A program made the translations under genes and the position numbers. The notes below the pieces were generated by a model. It did no database searches. It was not told the origin of the DNA and worked only from the letters and a program-made list of their open reading frames with translations. From Psammoneis japonica (lineage: Eukaryota), in contig QPGO01000109.1 of assembly GCA_008632985.1 (NCBI GenBank), forward strand, positions 124,001 through 188,000: DNA of 64,000 bases. The letters are read 5' to 3'. This document shows positions 36,576 through 48,854 of this stretch, piece after piece; the stretch's first letter is position 1, and the number at the start of each line of letters is the position of its first letter.

Positions 36576-39500
36576 GAGACAATCTGAAGAAACCAGAACA
36601 GCTCAACAGCAAGAAAGCCTCTGCCAGACCCAAGAGATCAATGAGGAATGTCCGTGCGATCCTCCAATCGATTCTAAGTTGAATCCAGCGGGAAACAGAG
36701 CTGTGAGCTGTCAGCCATCACTTGCACCGCAAGGATGGTGGCATCAGTCGACTGTCCAAAATGTTGAACTGCTGGAATGTGCCTTTGGTGAACCGACTGA
36801 GTTTTGAGTTGTTTGGAGGTCGTTGAAGATGTCCACAACACAAAAAATGTCAAATCAGAATCTGACAGCAAGGTTGGCTCCAAAACCAAAATGGCTCCAA
36901 ATCTGGTTCTAAAAATGGTCGCCATGTGGTGCCCAACCAACCCAACCAATCCAAAGTGAACAAAAGGTGCCATCTTTGAAAATGGAACACCTGTGTCATG
37001 GATTTAAGCTGCTCTGCAAACAAGCTGGCAAAAGAGTGCAAGGGTGGCTCTGAAAGAGATCCAAAAATGCGATGCTCCAATGTGGCAATTGCACACGGTC
37101 ACGTGATGACAGCAGAAATGCCTCTGTGAAAGAAGAGTTGACGCCATGATGACTGGGCAGTTCACAAAAACAATTGAAGCAAGTTCCTTGGCACGACTCT
37201 AAAATGCTCAGTGAGCAAAACCATCAATTTGGAAAAATTGATCCGATCGACTCAGATCAAAAACTCACACCGCTTGAGGAGCACAACTCGACACAGGATG
37301 TCTGGCAACCCAGAGAAAAGAGGAAGCATCACAGTGTGTCATGCTGGTCCTGTCCTTGCTGTTTGTGTGAGTGCTTCTCTGAGAAAGGCAAAAAACAAGC
37401 TTCGGTGCCGTTCTTTTTGTCAAAGAACATCGTCATCCACGGTTTTGCGCAAATTCACGTGGAAGTGAGAATGAAGAAATCTGCCACCAAAACTTGGGAA
37501 ACCAAGGGTGACTCTTTACGACTGACAGTTGCCATTCAATGCAGCTCTCTTTGCCTGAATTTGACAAGCATGCAATGGTGCAAGCAACACAACATGTTGA
37601 CAACACCAGCTCTTCTTCAAGCCCACATGATGTGATCATGAGACGCAATTTAATGTCCAGTCTTGAAATCACATTGGACTGTGCAACTGAAGAAATCAAA
37701 GAGGAAGAAGCAACCGCATCTGTGAAGAACGTTGGTCCACTCTTTGATGCTGATGTTTTCCAGCTGAGTGCCAATCACATTGAAAAATGTGGCGCCATGA
37801 ACAGAGTTGATGATGGAGCCAATGGTCCTTGACTCACATTGTCACACTGCCAATCTCAACAATGTGACAGCTGTGGCAACTCATCTGACTCCAGAGGAGC
37901 AGAAGCAATTGATCTTCCCTTTGAAAAGATTCAAATCTCTTTTCGATGGTTCTCTGGGCAAGTGGACTGGAAAACCTCGCAGTGAAATCTGGTGCAAAAC
38001 TGCGTCACACAAAAGGTTTCCTGTTCCACAAGCCTTGGAGGCAACTCACAAGAGATTGAGAGGCTCTGCAAGCTAAAAGTCCTGAAGAAAAACAAACCAT
38101 TCTGAGTGGACAGCTCCAACCTTTGTTCAACCTAAAAAAACAGAAAAATTGTCAAAGTTTGGTTTCTGTCCGACTTTCATGAACTGAATGAGAGGCCAGT
38201 GTGCACACTGCATCTTCTGCCAAATGTTCAGGTTGTGCTTCAGAAACTGGAAAGTTTCACATGTGTGGCCTCATTTGATTTGAACATGGGACAATGTCAT
38301 GTCAAATTAAAAAAACACACGTCGTGCTTGCACAAAAATCATGCCGTGGGGAGAAATGAGTGCCATGGACTTCCAGTGAGAATCTGTGGAGCCCCAGATG
38401 TTTTCAGCAACACATGAGCAAACTCAGGACAGGTTTGCAGTTGTCAGAACAACTGCAAATGATCATTTGCGCCTGACAAAAAGTGACTTCAAAACATCAC
38501 CTGTGCAAGTGACAGCTTGATGTGGCATTCATGTGACTGGAACAGTTGCTTTGAAGGTCAACAACAAAAGTCCTTCACTGCTTGGCTTGAAACAAACTGT
38601 CAAGGCTTCCACACGCAACAACATGCATTTGATTGCAAAGGAAATGGAGGCAATTCAGGCAATTGCAACACCAGAAAAATGCAAAGAAGATTGCAAATCT
38701 TGTCGACATGCGTTGCTGCTGTTGAGACATGCAATCTCAACAATCTCCTGCACAGTGCTGGCCAAATTCACCTCAATGAGGGTCAAACGGCAAAAGGACA
38801 AGTGCAGATTAAAAAGTCTCTGAAAACATGGAGCACATCATGTCAAAAACTGCACTGTCATCATGCCCAAAATTCAACATTCACGTCACAATGGAAAAAG
38901 AGCTTCTTCTCTGGAACACACTGTTTGGCCCACAGATTGACACATGTGCGGATCACAAGACACAATGGACAAAGTCATGCATTGGCAACTTGCAATGGAA
39001 AACTTCAGTCCCCAAACAACATGCATTGAGGGCAAGGCGAACATTGTCACAACAGACGTGATCAGCCGACTTGCCATGACATGAAGAAAATTGAATCCTG
39101 TGACAATGTCCCGCCATTGAAATGGAGTGAAGACAACATCTCCAAATTGTTGGACACAACACATCACATGTGCACTTTTCGTGGAGGCAAGCAAGAACAA
39201 AAAATGCTCATGTCACAAGGACAAAATCGCGTTGCCAAAGGACGGTTGGAAAAAATCTGTGACAGATTGGCACACTGTTGGCACCCACTTCACACTTGGC
39301 AAAAAGACAATCTCACAACACCCACACAGCTGCAATGCACAATGTACGAGGCAAGGCACAAATGACGTTGTCATGTCAACACACGAGATGTGCCAAAGAC
39401 TCAGAAAAATGAAAGAAAAATGGACATTTGTCCACTTGGTGCACGAAAGCAGTGCCTTCGGAATGACAAAATGATGCCGGTGCATCAAAAAGAAATGTCC

Positions 39501-40425
39501 AAATGACAATTAAAATCCAACTGAAAGATGGTTGAAGTGCAAAAAATCCACAATGGAGTTCATGACCATCAGGATTGATCGTCAAGACGAAATGGTTGTG
39601 TCCTTGACCATCGTCAATTGCTTGTGAAACATGGCAGTGTGCAGCAGAGAAATGTGGCACATGAAGCAAGGCCGCCACACTGCATGAAATCCACAAGTGA
39701 GTGAGTGAATGCTGTCATCAAGAGCACACATTAAGTGCTGGGCAAAATGCCATGTGCAATTGACACCATGAAAGACACAGCAGGACAATTGGCCCTTGCA
39801 TCCATGCCAACAAACAACAACATCATAGAGACCACTCAATGCAACGCTGCATGTGCACCATGTGGACTGAGAGACAAACAACGACACTCTCAAAAGACAC
39901 ATGGAAATTGGAGTGGCCCTGTGCAGCTGGCCTGTGCAAAACAACAACAGTTGTTGCCAACTGCACAGTGTGGTTGATGTGGAGACATCATTGGTGCTGT
40001 CAATGTCCATTGAATGACTCCACTTAACGAATGACTCTGGTGTGCAATTGGGGAGGCAAGTGCAGTGTGCGACTGTTGTGTGTGCATGTCCACAATTGCA
40101 CATTGTTGTTTGCGTGTCAATTGCACCACAGTCATGGATGTGCACAAAGGACAGGACGATCACACAGAGTTGATTGGAAGTCAAAAAAACTCTGCATGAC
40201 AATGTTGACATCTTGCGTGTCAACAGCAATCGCATTCCAACAATCTGTTGTCATGACTGCATTCTCTGAAAGGCCTTTTGTCTGCAGAAGCAGCGCAGAA
40301 GCTTTGGGCCATTGAGAGCTTGTTTGGAGAAACCAAAAATCACAGAGCAAAATTTGGTCTCACAATTTCCACTTTTTGCACTTTGTTCTGCTTTTGTTTG
40401 TGCTTTTTCTTCAAGCATGGTGCAT
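35830..40425 (+). mobile_element. Heavily decayed Ty3/Gypsy retrotransposon remnant with probable LTR fragments (~35830-36150 and ~40112-40425)
   Basis: LFDGSLGKW, SEWTAPTFVQPKK, SDFHELN, FDLNMGQCH (LDLNMGYY), LPV.I..APDVF; a ~320-bp direct repeat flanks the pol remnant. Confidence 0.7.
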
Positions 40426-43400
40426 CTGAATTCTTGACAAAGCCCACTCCACATGTCTTGCATGGGATGATGAAGAAGTGCATCCAAAGCAACAGACAAA
40501 TCAAGTGCCAGTTGATCAAGTGCAGACACACACAACTGCTGGCATGCAACAAGGCACACAGTTGCCACTTGCACTGCTGCCTGTTCCCAATGGCAAGTCC
40601 ACTGATGTGATTGCCACATTTCCAAGACAAAGCCAGTTGGTGTCAACATGCAACAAACAAGTTGTCTCTGCCTGCCATGCACTGTCACTCTGTGCCAAAA
40701 AATGGTGCATGAGTCATCATGTGACATTCCATCTTTGTGGAGAACATGATGCACCAGTGATCAGCAGCCTTCTGTGCCCATGGCAGATGAATGGGGGATC
40801 TGATGTGTCCCACAGCAACAACACAGGCCACCGGGATGAGACGGACACAACAAACTGATGGTCATGGAGGCAATGGCTGGTTGTTTTTGAATTAGAATTT
40901 TGTGGATTTTTGTGCGCGTGCATGCTGTCACCCATTTTTTAATGTCCTGATCTCCATTTGAGAAAGCAAAGGGTGCGCAGCAGGTGAATGGGCAAAAGTC
41001 CTCATGGTGTTTTTCCATTGTCTTCCAGAAGCCCCCACAACTCAGATGCTGCTTCTTGTGGGGTGCAGAAGTGTGGTGCAAACAGCCATTGTTTCCATGC
41101 TGTGGGTGAGTCTTTTGGCTTCTGAATGATCATCTGTGCGCCAAGTGCTCTGGCGCCTCTTTGGGCAGATGCATGATCAGCAACCACCAGTGCACACCAT
41201 CAAGTGCCATTTTAGACTTTTTGTCAATTGTGCCACATGTGCTGCTGGTCTCTGCTTCTGGAGCAGTTGTTTGGTGAGAGTTGTGTTTTGTCATCTTGGT
41301 GCAGTTGGGGTTCTCATTTGAAGAGGCCTTTTGTGTGATTCCGTTGTGCATGACTAAAATGAAAAAAATGTGACTTGGGTGCGGTTTCAGAATGATGACT
41401 TTGAAACGAATGCAAAAGGCAAGTTTGGGTGTCCTCATCTCAACGGAACCAGCACACTGACTGCTCCAAGGCATGCTCTTGGCTCAACCACCACAGTGTC
41501 AGAGCTGCAACATGTGACATGGCTTTTTAATCCCACGATCCATCAATGGTGGGGCTTCAAAGAAGCACGTTTTTCTGCAAATCGAAATGAAAATGCCCTT
41601 TTGTGGATGAAGAGCGCACGTAAATGTGCTGCTGAAAAGCCAAAATGAACTTGCACGCAAAAGTTTGCCATCAGTGCTGTTGTTCACATGAGCTGCAGCT
41701 GTGTTTCAGCCACTCATTCTTCAGTTGAGAGGGCCCAAAGTCATCATTCTGGAGCCGGAAATCATTTTGTGTGTGATTTGCAAACAATTTTAGTGCGGTC
41801 TCGGAACGTTTTTTGTGTGCTCTTGAGGGAATCTGCCCCCCCCCCCCCCCCCACAATGTCACGAGGCTCTTTCTCACTTTTGGCAGTTGCGATTCTCTCA
41901 AATCTCATTTTGATGGTTGGGGTTTTTCACATTTGAAAAGAGCAGCATCCCAAGGAAAGCAGTGAGGTGGGTTGGCCGTGACTCATTCAAAAATGGGGCT
42001 CTCGTTTCTGACCATCAATGCAAATGTGGATCTTGATGCCTCTTGACTTTGCACCATCCATCCTGTGGAAGAGCACCTTTGCATGGTGTCTCCTGTGGCC
42101 CCGCATGCAGAGAGAAAGACTTCTGTGTGCAAAGACCCCAGGACAAACAAAGATTTTGAGGTTGATGTGCGACATCCGTTCTGAGTGCTAAACCACTGCA
42201 TGGTGGCTGAGATGCAAAGCCAGTTTCAAGATTGCCACAAACAAGCTGCTCATCATGAGCAGCATGAGAGGGAGGAGGCAAGCAGGTGTGTCTTGTTCTT
42301 TGCTGTGTGTGTTTTGACAAACTGCAAATGATGCTGACCCTGCTGTTGCTTCTTGTCTTTGTGCTGGCACACTGGCATCTGTTGTTGCATGTCGTCTTTG
42401 GATGTTCAAGGAACTCAGTTCAGGGCGTTCCTGTTCATGCAAGCACTGCCCAGGTTTGCACTCTTCCTGACTCCTGCTGGAAAAGGCAAGATCAAACAGC
42501 AGAGCATCTACAAGGTCACCACGCATGTCCTGAAACAAGCGACAGTGCCGCCGATCGGGAACTCCAGAACGGCCTTGTGAGTCCATCCAGCTTGGAGTGG
42601 GATGGCGCCAGTGGTCAAAATCCTGTTGACCTTGCTGCTGATTCAAGCAATGGCGAATCATCTGATGCACTCTGCTTCCCACGGCGCCCTTTTGGCAGTG
42701 GCAACACACCAGCATGCCCCCGAGACGATTCATCTTCCTCCTCCACCTCCAGTGATGAGACCAAAACCTTGCTGAAGAGCAACACCCATCACAACACAAC
42801 AGACTCAACAGGCAACCTGTGGCTGCTGTGCTGGCTGCCATGGCTGAGGGGAACCCACCCCCAGCAGCAACTTCAAACGTTGCTCATGCCCGCAGGATTG
42901 GGTCGAGTTGTGGTTCCCATGTGCCAGTGCACAGGAGGCCACAGCTGGCTGTGGCCTCCATTGTCACCCAACCTTGCCTTGGATCATTTTTGGAAAATGT
43001 CCAAGGACAAGCTGCACCAGTGTTGACATTGAAAGCTGTGAAAAGGAGAGGCTTTGAGAACTCTCTTGCCTTTGGAAAGAGAGAGGACTTTTTGCGCAGT
43101 CTCATTGCCGGTGGGACATTTGACAGAAACTTGCATGGGCCACCATCTGATTTTGAGTCAGTCAGACTGGATGCACTGCATCGAAAGTTGAAGAATGCAG
43201 AAAACATTTGCAAAAGCAGGCATTGTTCATTGCAAGGTTCCCACAGCACTGATGCAATGGGTGCCACCCCACAATCCATTCCCACGTTTGGATGCCTTTT
43301 CAATGAATGCTTTCACTTTCAAGAATGTCGCGCCTCTGAATCTGGACATGGGTCAACTGAAGCCAACAGATCAGCACATTGGAGGTGAGCAAAGTGTTTG

Positions 43401-44059
43401 TTTGTCATTGTCACTTGTGACCACAAAACAACTCACTTTTCGTTTTGCTGTGCACCACACAATGCTTTTGCATCACACCACTTTGTCAAATGGGACCAAG
43501 AGGAGTGCCATTGGGGCTGTGGAGTCACTTGGTGTGGAGCCAGGTCAATCTCTTTGGCAAGAGACTGACTGTGGCAATTCAAACTCTCAGTTTGCAGCCA
43601 ATGTGCAAGTTGGACGTAACGTCAGGCAGTGTGTTGATCCTGTCAACCCAACGGCATGGCTGCACATGCTCATCGACAGCATCAGAGTGCACAACATGGT
43701 GATCAGACCAACTTTCTTGCAACGAATTTTTTAATCTGTCAGAGTTAAAAATTCAATGGCTTCAAACCTCATCAGCTGTGTGTGTGGTGACAATTTGTCA
43801 ACTGTGAAGACAAGCTTCATTGCTGTGGAGCCCACTGCTGTCCCATGAGATGCCACTCTTCACTGTGAAACAGCCAACCATTTTCCCTGTGGGAGTGCCC
43901 ACACTCCATTCCCACAAAACCTGCAATTTAAAATCATTTGAATTGTGCACATTCCATTTTGTTGTTTGTGTTTGACCCAAATGATGCAGACGGAGACAAC
44001 ACCATGATGCCTGAGGCTTGCCATCCAGAGACACAAGCCCAGCGGAGATGCTTCTGACA

Positions 44060-44148
44060 GCACGCCACGTGATTTTGCTGCGGAGCTTGCACGCAGAAGT
44101 CTACGGGCCCAATGTCACACGGATTCCAACCTGCGTCTGGAACACATC
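44060..44148. mobile_element. Right end of another GAC-TIR family copy (left end not located)
   Basis: Aligns with ~9765-9848; differences are mostly TA->TG/CA and CG->TG/CA. Confidence 0.75.
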
Positions 44149-44249
44149 TGGAGCGGGCATGTTTGCAGCAAGAGCTGCTGTTTTGGTGTTTGAAGTGCTG
44201 TTGCTCTGTTCCACCTCATTCATTGCCAAAAAGAGTGAAGCACATTGTG

Positions 44250-46346
44250 GATGCGTTCCAGGTCTGGGTGGGACCTCGTGCTGCAGGTGCGCGCCCTGTG
44301 CACTTGTGGAGCCTGACGAGGAGGGTTCGGCCCCACCAAGCCCGACGAGAAGGGTCCAAGCAACAAGGTGGAGACCGACGAGGCGGGTTGCACAATGGCG
44401 AGAATGACCCCAGCGAGGAGGGCTTTGGCCCGATGAGAAGGCCACACGACAAGCTGTGGGTCGTTCTCGCCATTGTGCAACCCAACGAGAAGGTCATAAC
44501 CGAGGCACGTTGAGTGCACACGGGAGCACATGTGGGGTCTCCCGCTGTGAGGATTTTGTGTGTGCAACTCGACAGTCAACTGCTTGGGGAGCGCTTTCAT
44601 GTGCAAGACTGAAGTGCCAAAGTGTTGCGGTTTGCTTGTTGGTGACGGTTTTTGGTGCCGACTGGCAGTTGCGCAATCATTCAAAATTGTCAACGCCATG
44701 TGTGACATTTAATTCAAACTTGTGTGTCACATTCATCTCAGCACCTGAAGCCGTCATTGCGATCGAAATTCAAAAACGTTGGTGGGATTGATTCAAATTG
44801 ACCATGCAGAATTGTGCACATTGGCGCAGTTTAATGGCAGAATCCTTGCAGTCTACATGGAGAGAGCAACGGTTCTACTCACAACCCTTCTGCACGATTT
44901 TTACACTGACGCACATTTGTGCACATTTTGTGCTGAGAAATTTTGTTCGACTCCGAATGGTGCGCGGTCGAGTTGATGGCTCACAATTTTTCCGAGCGGC
45001 CGATCGACAACCACCGCTCCCTCCGACAATGGCGCTTTTGGCCGATTTGACCGGTGCGACACCGCCTCCCGACCCCTGCCTTGCTTGATGGTGTCATGCG
45101 CCATTGGGTCGTGCTGTGTGAGTGAGCCACGGCTCTAGAATGGGTCAGAATGACTCAAAATGTGGTGAGTTCTGATTCTCACGGAATCAAGTCTCGTTTT
45201 CCCCCGTTCTCGTTCGCAATGGCGCTCACCTTGAACCTCCTTGTCCCGCATCTTGATGTGTGGGACTCGAAGATGGGGATGTCGAAGTCCGTGGGTCTGC
45301 ACCGTTGCCGTCACCGTTTTTGGCTCTGTCACCGTTCCACCATGGCGCGCTGCTTCTGTCCCGGTCCATGCCATCCTGCCATGGTGCTGCCTCCGTTCTC
45401 CAAGCTGCTGCCACGACTTTTGTGGACTGGACGAGTCACTCGATCCCAAGCGCCGACTTTCTGCCATTGCTCACGCCGATGTGCCGCCTGCTTTTGTCGT
45501 CCTGCTCCGTGGAACCAGCAGACTCTCTTTCATCCGTCATTCCTCCCGCCGTTGACGATCCAGGCACCCCAAGTTTTGACCCTGCTGGTGAGTTTCTATT
45601 GGTTGTTTGCTCGTTGTTGCATTGCATTTGTAGAAAAGTGTGTTCTCACCTCCTTGTGTTGTTCCATGTCACCGCAGATGTGGTCATTTTGCAGGCGCTG
45701 GTGCCGTGCTTCTTTGTGTGAGTTTTTGTGCATGCCAATGTCTTCTTGCTTTGTTCTTTTTGTTGAAGATGTGGTGCTCACTCAAACAGATCTTTCCTCT
45801 CTTTTGCGCCCTTGCAATGTTGTTGGATTGCTCTCCTTGCATCTCTCTCTGGCACTTGCATCATTGTCGGTCTCTTCGCTTGTGCTTCGCTCGCGTCATC
45901 TCTTCTCCATGCTCATTTCCCCTGATGTTTGTACGCACGTAATTTCTGCATAAATGCCTCATTCACAGAGTGCCAAAATGCTGCCAAATTACACACTCGA
46001 GCAGTGGGATTCCTGCTGAACTGTGACATCGACAGTTTTTTGAATCGCGTCGCATGTCGCGCACGTACATTTCTACGTGATTTTGGCGAAATTTTGCATC
46101 ATTTTATGGTGCAATTGTCAGGTGATCCATTCAACAACTTTTGACATTTTTTTCTTCTACGCCATTCTCGAGTGTCTCAAGAATGAACTTCGAGTGCAAA
46201 CAGAAACACATGTGCTGCAAACTTGGCCGTTCATTTTATGTCAAAGACAAATGTGTCCATTGACCAGAGTGCAAAGTGCAGAGCTCGCACGCAGAATTCT
46301 GCGGGGCAAATGTCACAAAAAGTCCCACCTGGGACTGGAACCCGTC
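44250..46346. mobile_element. 2.1-kb non-autonomous GAC-TIR family element; TSD TGTG
   Basis: tgtg|gatgcgttccaggtctgggtggg ... cccacctgggactggaacccgtc|tgtg; splits a repeat whose intact form is at ~14265-14300 (reverse). Confidence 0.8.
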
Positions 46347-47782
46347 TGTGAGAGCATTGCATGGATGAACCAACACAACCCATGGGAACGGCAACATGGA
46401 CACACCAGTGCGTCCGATGCCGCCAATTCTGGAGCAGGCGAGTTTTCAGCAGAAGTGCTGTTGCTCCTCTGATGCACCTTGTTCATTGTCAAAAAGTGTG
46501 GAGCACATTGTGAGAGCACAGTGCAGATGCACTGACATGAACCGCAGCACACACTTGCCCCTGCATTGGTGCATCCAGTGCCGCTGATTCTGGAGCAACG
46601 TGGACGTCGGTGCACGGTGCAAGACATTGAGAACCCAGCTGCATCCCTGCAACTCAAAGAAAACACAGAAAGAAATCATGTGAGCACTTGAGTGCCACAT
46701 GATGCACTCACTGGAACAGCTGTGGGAACAAGCACTGCCTGCATGTGCACCACACTGTGCAAGGCACCACGCAAATGACAAAGTCACACGGCAATGATTG
46801 AGTTCACCCCACACCTCCCATGCTGTGGACGGTTCATCAATGACATGTTCAGAGCATGGACCACAAACAGTGGACCACAAACAGCAGAGAGACTTGGGAA
46901 GTCTTTAAAAATGAGCCCAACAACTCAGGCAACCTCCAATGGGTTGCCTCCCCACTCTCCAGCTCTGCAGTCTTTCTGGATCTGGACACAGAAATTGGAG
47001 AAGACAGATGCAATGCAAGTGAACACATCAAAAACAAATGAAGCTCTTTTTGTGCATGCCTTTTTTGAAGAGTGTCATGTGTGGCAAAGAACTTTTCATG
47101 CATGTGACTCTGAGAGCTGCAGGAACAAGCACCGCCTGCAGTCTTTCTGGATCTAGATGCAAAAATTGGAGAAGACGGATGTGTTGCCAGCGAATGCATC
47201 AAAAACCAATGAACCTCTTTTTGCACATGCCTTGTTTAAACAGTGCAATTTGTGCCAACTTGTGATGATTCTGGATGCAAAACTCAGACATGCGCGATTG
47301 TGCCAATGCTGCAGAAAAGTGAGTTTGTGACGTGCATGCACATGACACACAACAACACTCAAGCAGCTCAGCGTTAATTGTGGTAAACTGCGCAGAAAAT
47401 CGGCCTCTGCGTGATGAAAAGTGGATCACCTGGAGCTGGAACAGGCCTGGGATCAAAAGGAAACCAAACCATGCATCACAAAAAACAGATTTTGACCCCA
47501 ATTAAATTTGACATTGCACACATTTGTTTGAAGCTTGTGCAAGCAAAGTTAATGAGACATCAGATGAAATGCAAAAACCAGCTTCATTTTGCAGAGCACT
47601 TTTGCTGGCATTTTTTGAACTCTGCTTGTCAACAATTTTGAGAATGCACACTAAAAATTTTACAAAGGAATGTGGAAGCCACTGTGTTGCCGCCTCTCTG
47701 ATGAGCCTCCCAGGGCAAACACCCAGAATTTTGCTGGAAGCAGTCATGTCAAGGTGGTGTGTGGCGGGTTTCATTTGCTCGT

Positions 47783-47884
47783 NNNNNNNNNNNNNNNNNN
47801 NNNNNNNNNNNNNNNNNNNNNNNNNNNNNNNNNNNNNNNNNNNNNNNNNNNNNNNNNNNNNNNNNNNNNNNNNNNNNNNNNNNN
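47783..47884. other. Assembly gap (N run)
   Basis: Run of N. Confidence 0.99.
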
Positions 47885-47889
47885 CAGCA

Positions 47890-48854
47890 ATTGAGAAGAT
47901 GGAATGACAAAAATGCAAGTTTCAAAATGTGCTTCCCCCCTGAAAACAGTCAGAGGTGTGCCGGATTGTTGAAAGCACAGCACAGATTGTGATGATCTGC
48001 AAACACGGGCCACTCTGACACCCACAATCCAGCAAATCTTGCGTTGACATTTGATTCAAACCAATCTGTGCCTTGGAACAATGTTTGGAAGGTCGGCAGC
48101 AAAAACGCTGTCTGTGTGCAGCACTGGCAGAAACAAACCATGAGGAGGCAGTGCAAAGGGTGCAAGGACAGTTTTGAGACAACCGTTCAGGTTGCTCATG
48201 TTGACCAAACCATTGTCATTGTGCCTCATGGAAGCAATGAAAATGCTTCCAATCATGCCATTTGGCAGGAACACAAGCTGCACTTTGAGGCCGTGTCCTC
48301 AGAAATGCTGGCTGTGCAGTGCAGCAGAATGGGGTTGCAAAACACAGAGTGTCAGAAATGTGGCTCCATGTTGGAGTGCAAGTGCAAAGATTCCAAGTGC
48401 TCACCTGCAGAGTGCTCTTTGAATGTCATCAGCCAACAAATCCCCAACGGAGGGCTGGCGCATCACGCGGCCGTGCTGTCTGCACTCTGGTGTCATCCAA
48501 AAAGCCGAATGTTCTGAAAGACTCAAACGGCACTGTGATGGACACCAGCTGGGCAAAAGTTGCAAGAGATCCACATTGAGCAACCAACCACTGATCTTGT
48601 GGTGGAACGTGTTGCGCAAATGATTCGCCATGAACTGCGTGGTGCACGCAATTCTTCTTGGGTCACTGCCAAACATGTCCCTGGCCATGCTTGTGTGGGT
48701 GTGGCCACTTCGAAGACAACAAAGAAATGTTGTTAGAATCTCTTTGTCATGGAAGATGCAACCTTCATGACGGACAATGGATGGCAGCCGCAGGTGATGC
48801 AGCAACTTTTGCAGCTTGTGATGGTTGCATCCTGTGCAGGAGTGCACTTCAAAG
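47890..48854 (-). pseudogene. Second PIF/Harbinger-type transposase remnant, interrupted by the Copia element (5' part probably continues beyond 55552)
   Basis: FGFLDDT..QTARP, DIQRA, VFLPNGMIGSIF...RHND.G motifs. Confidence 0.65.
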
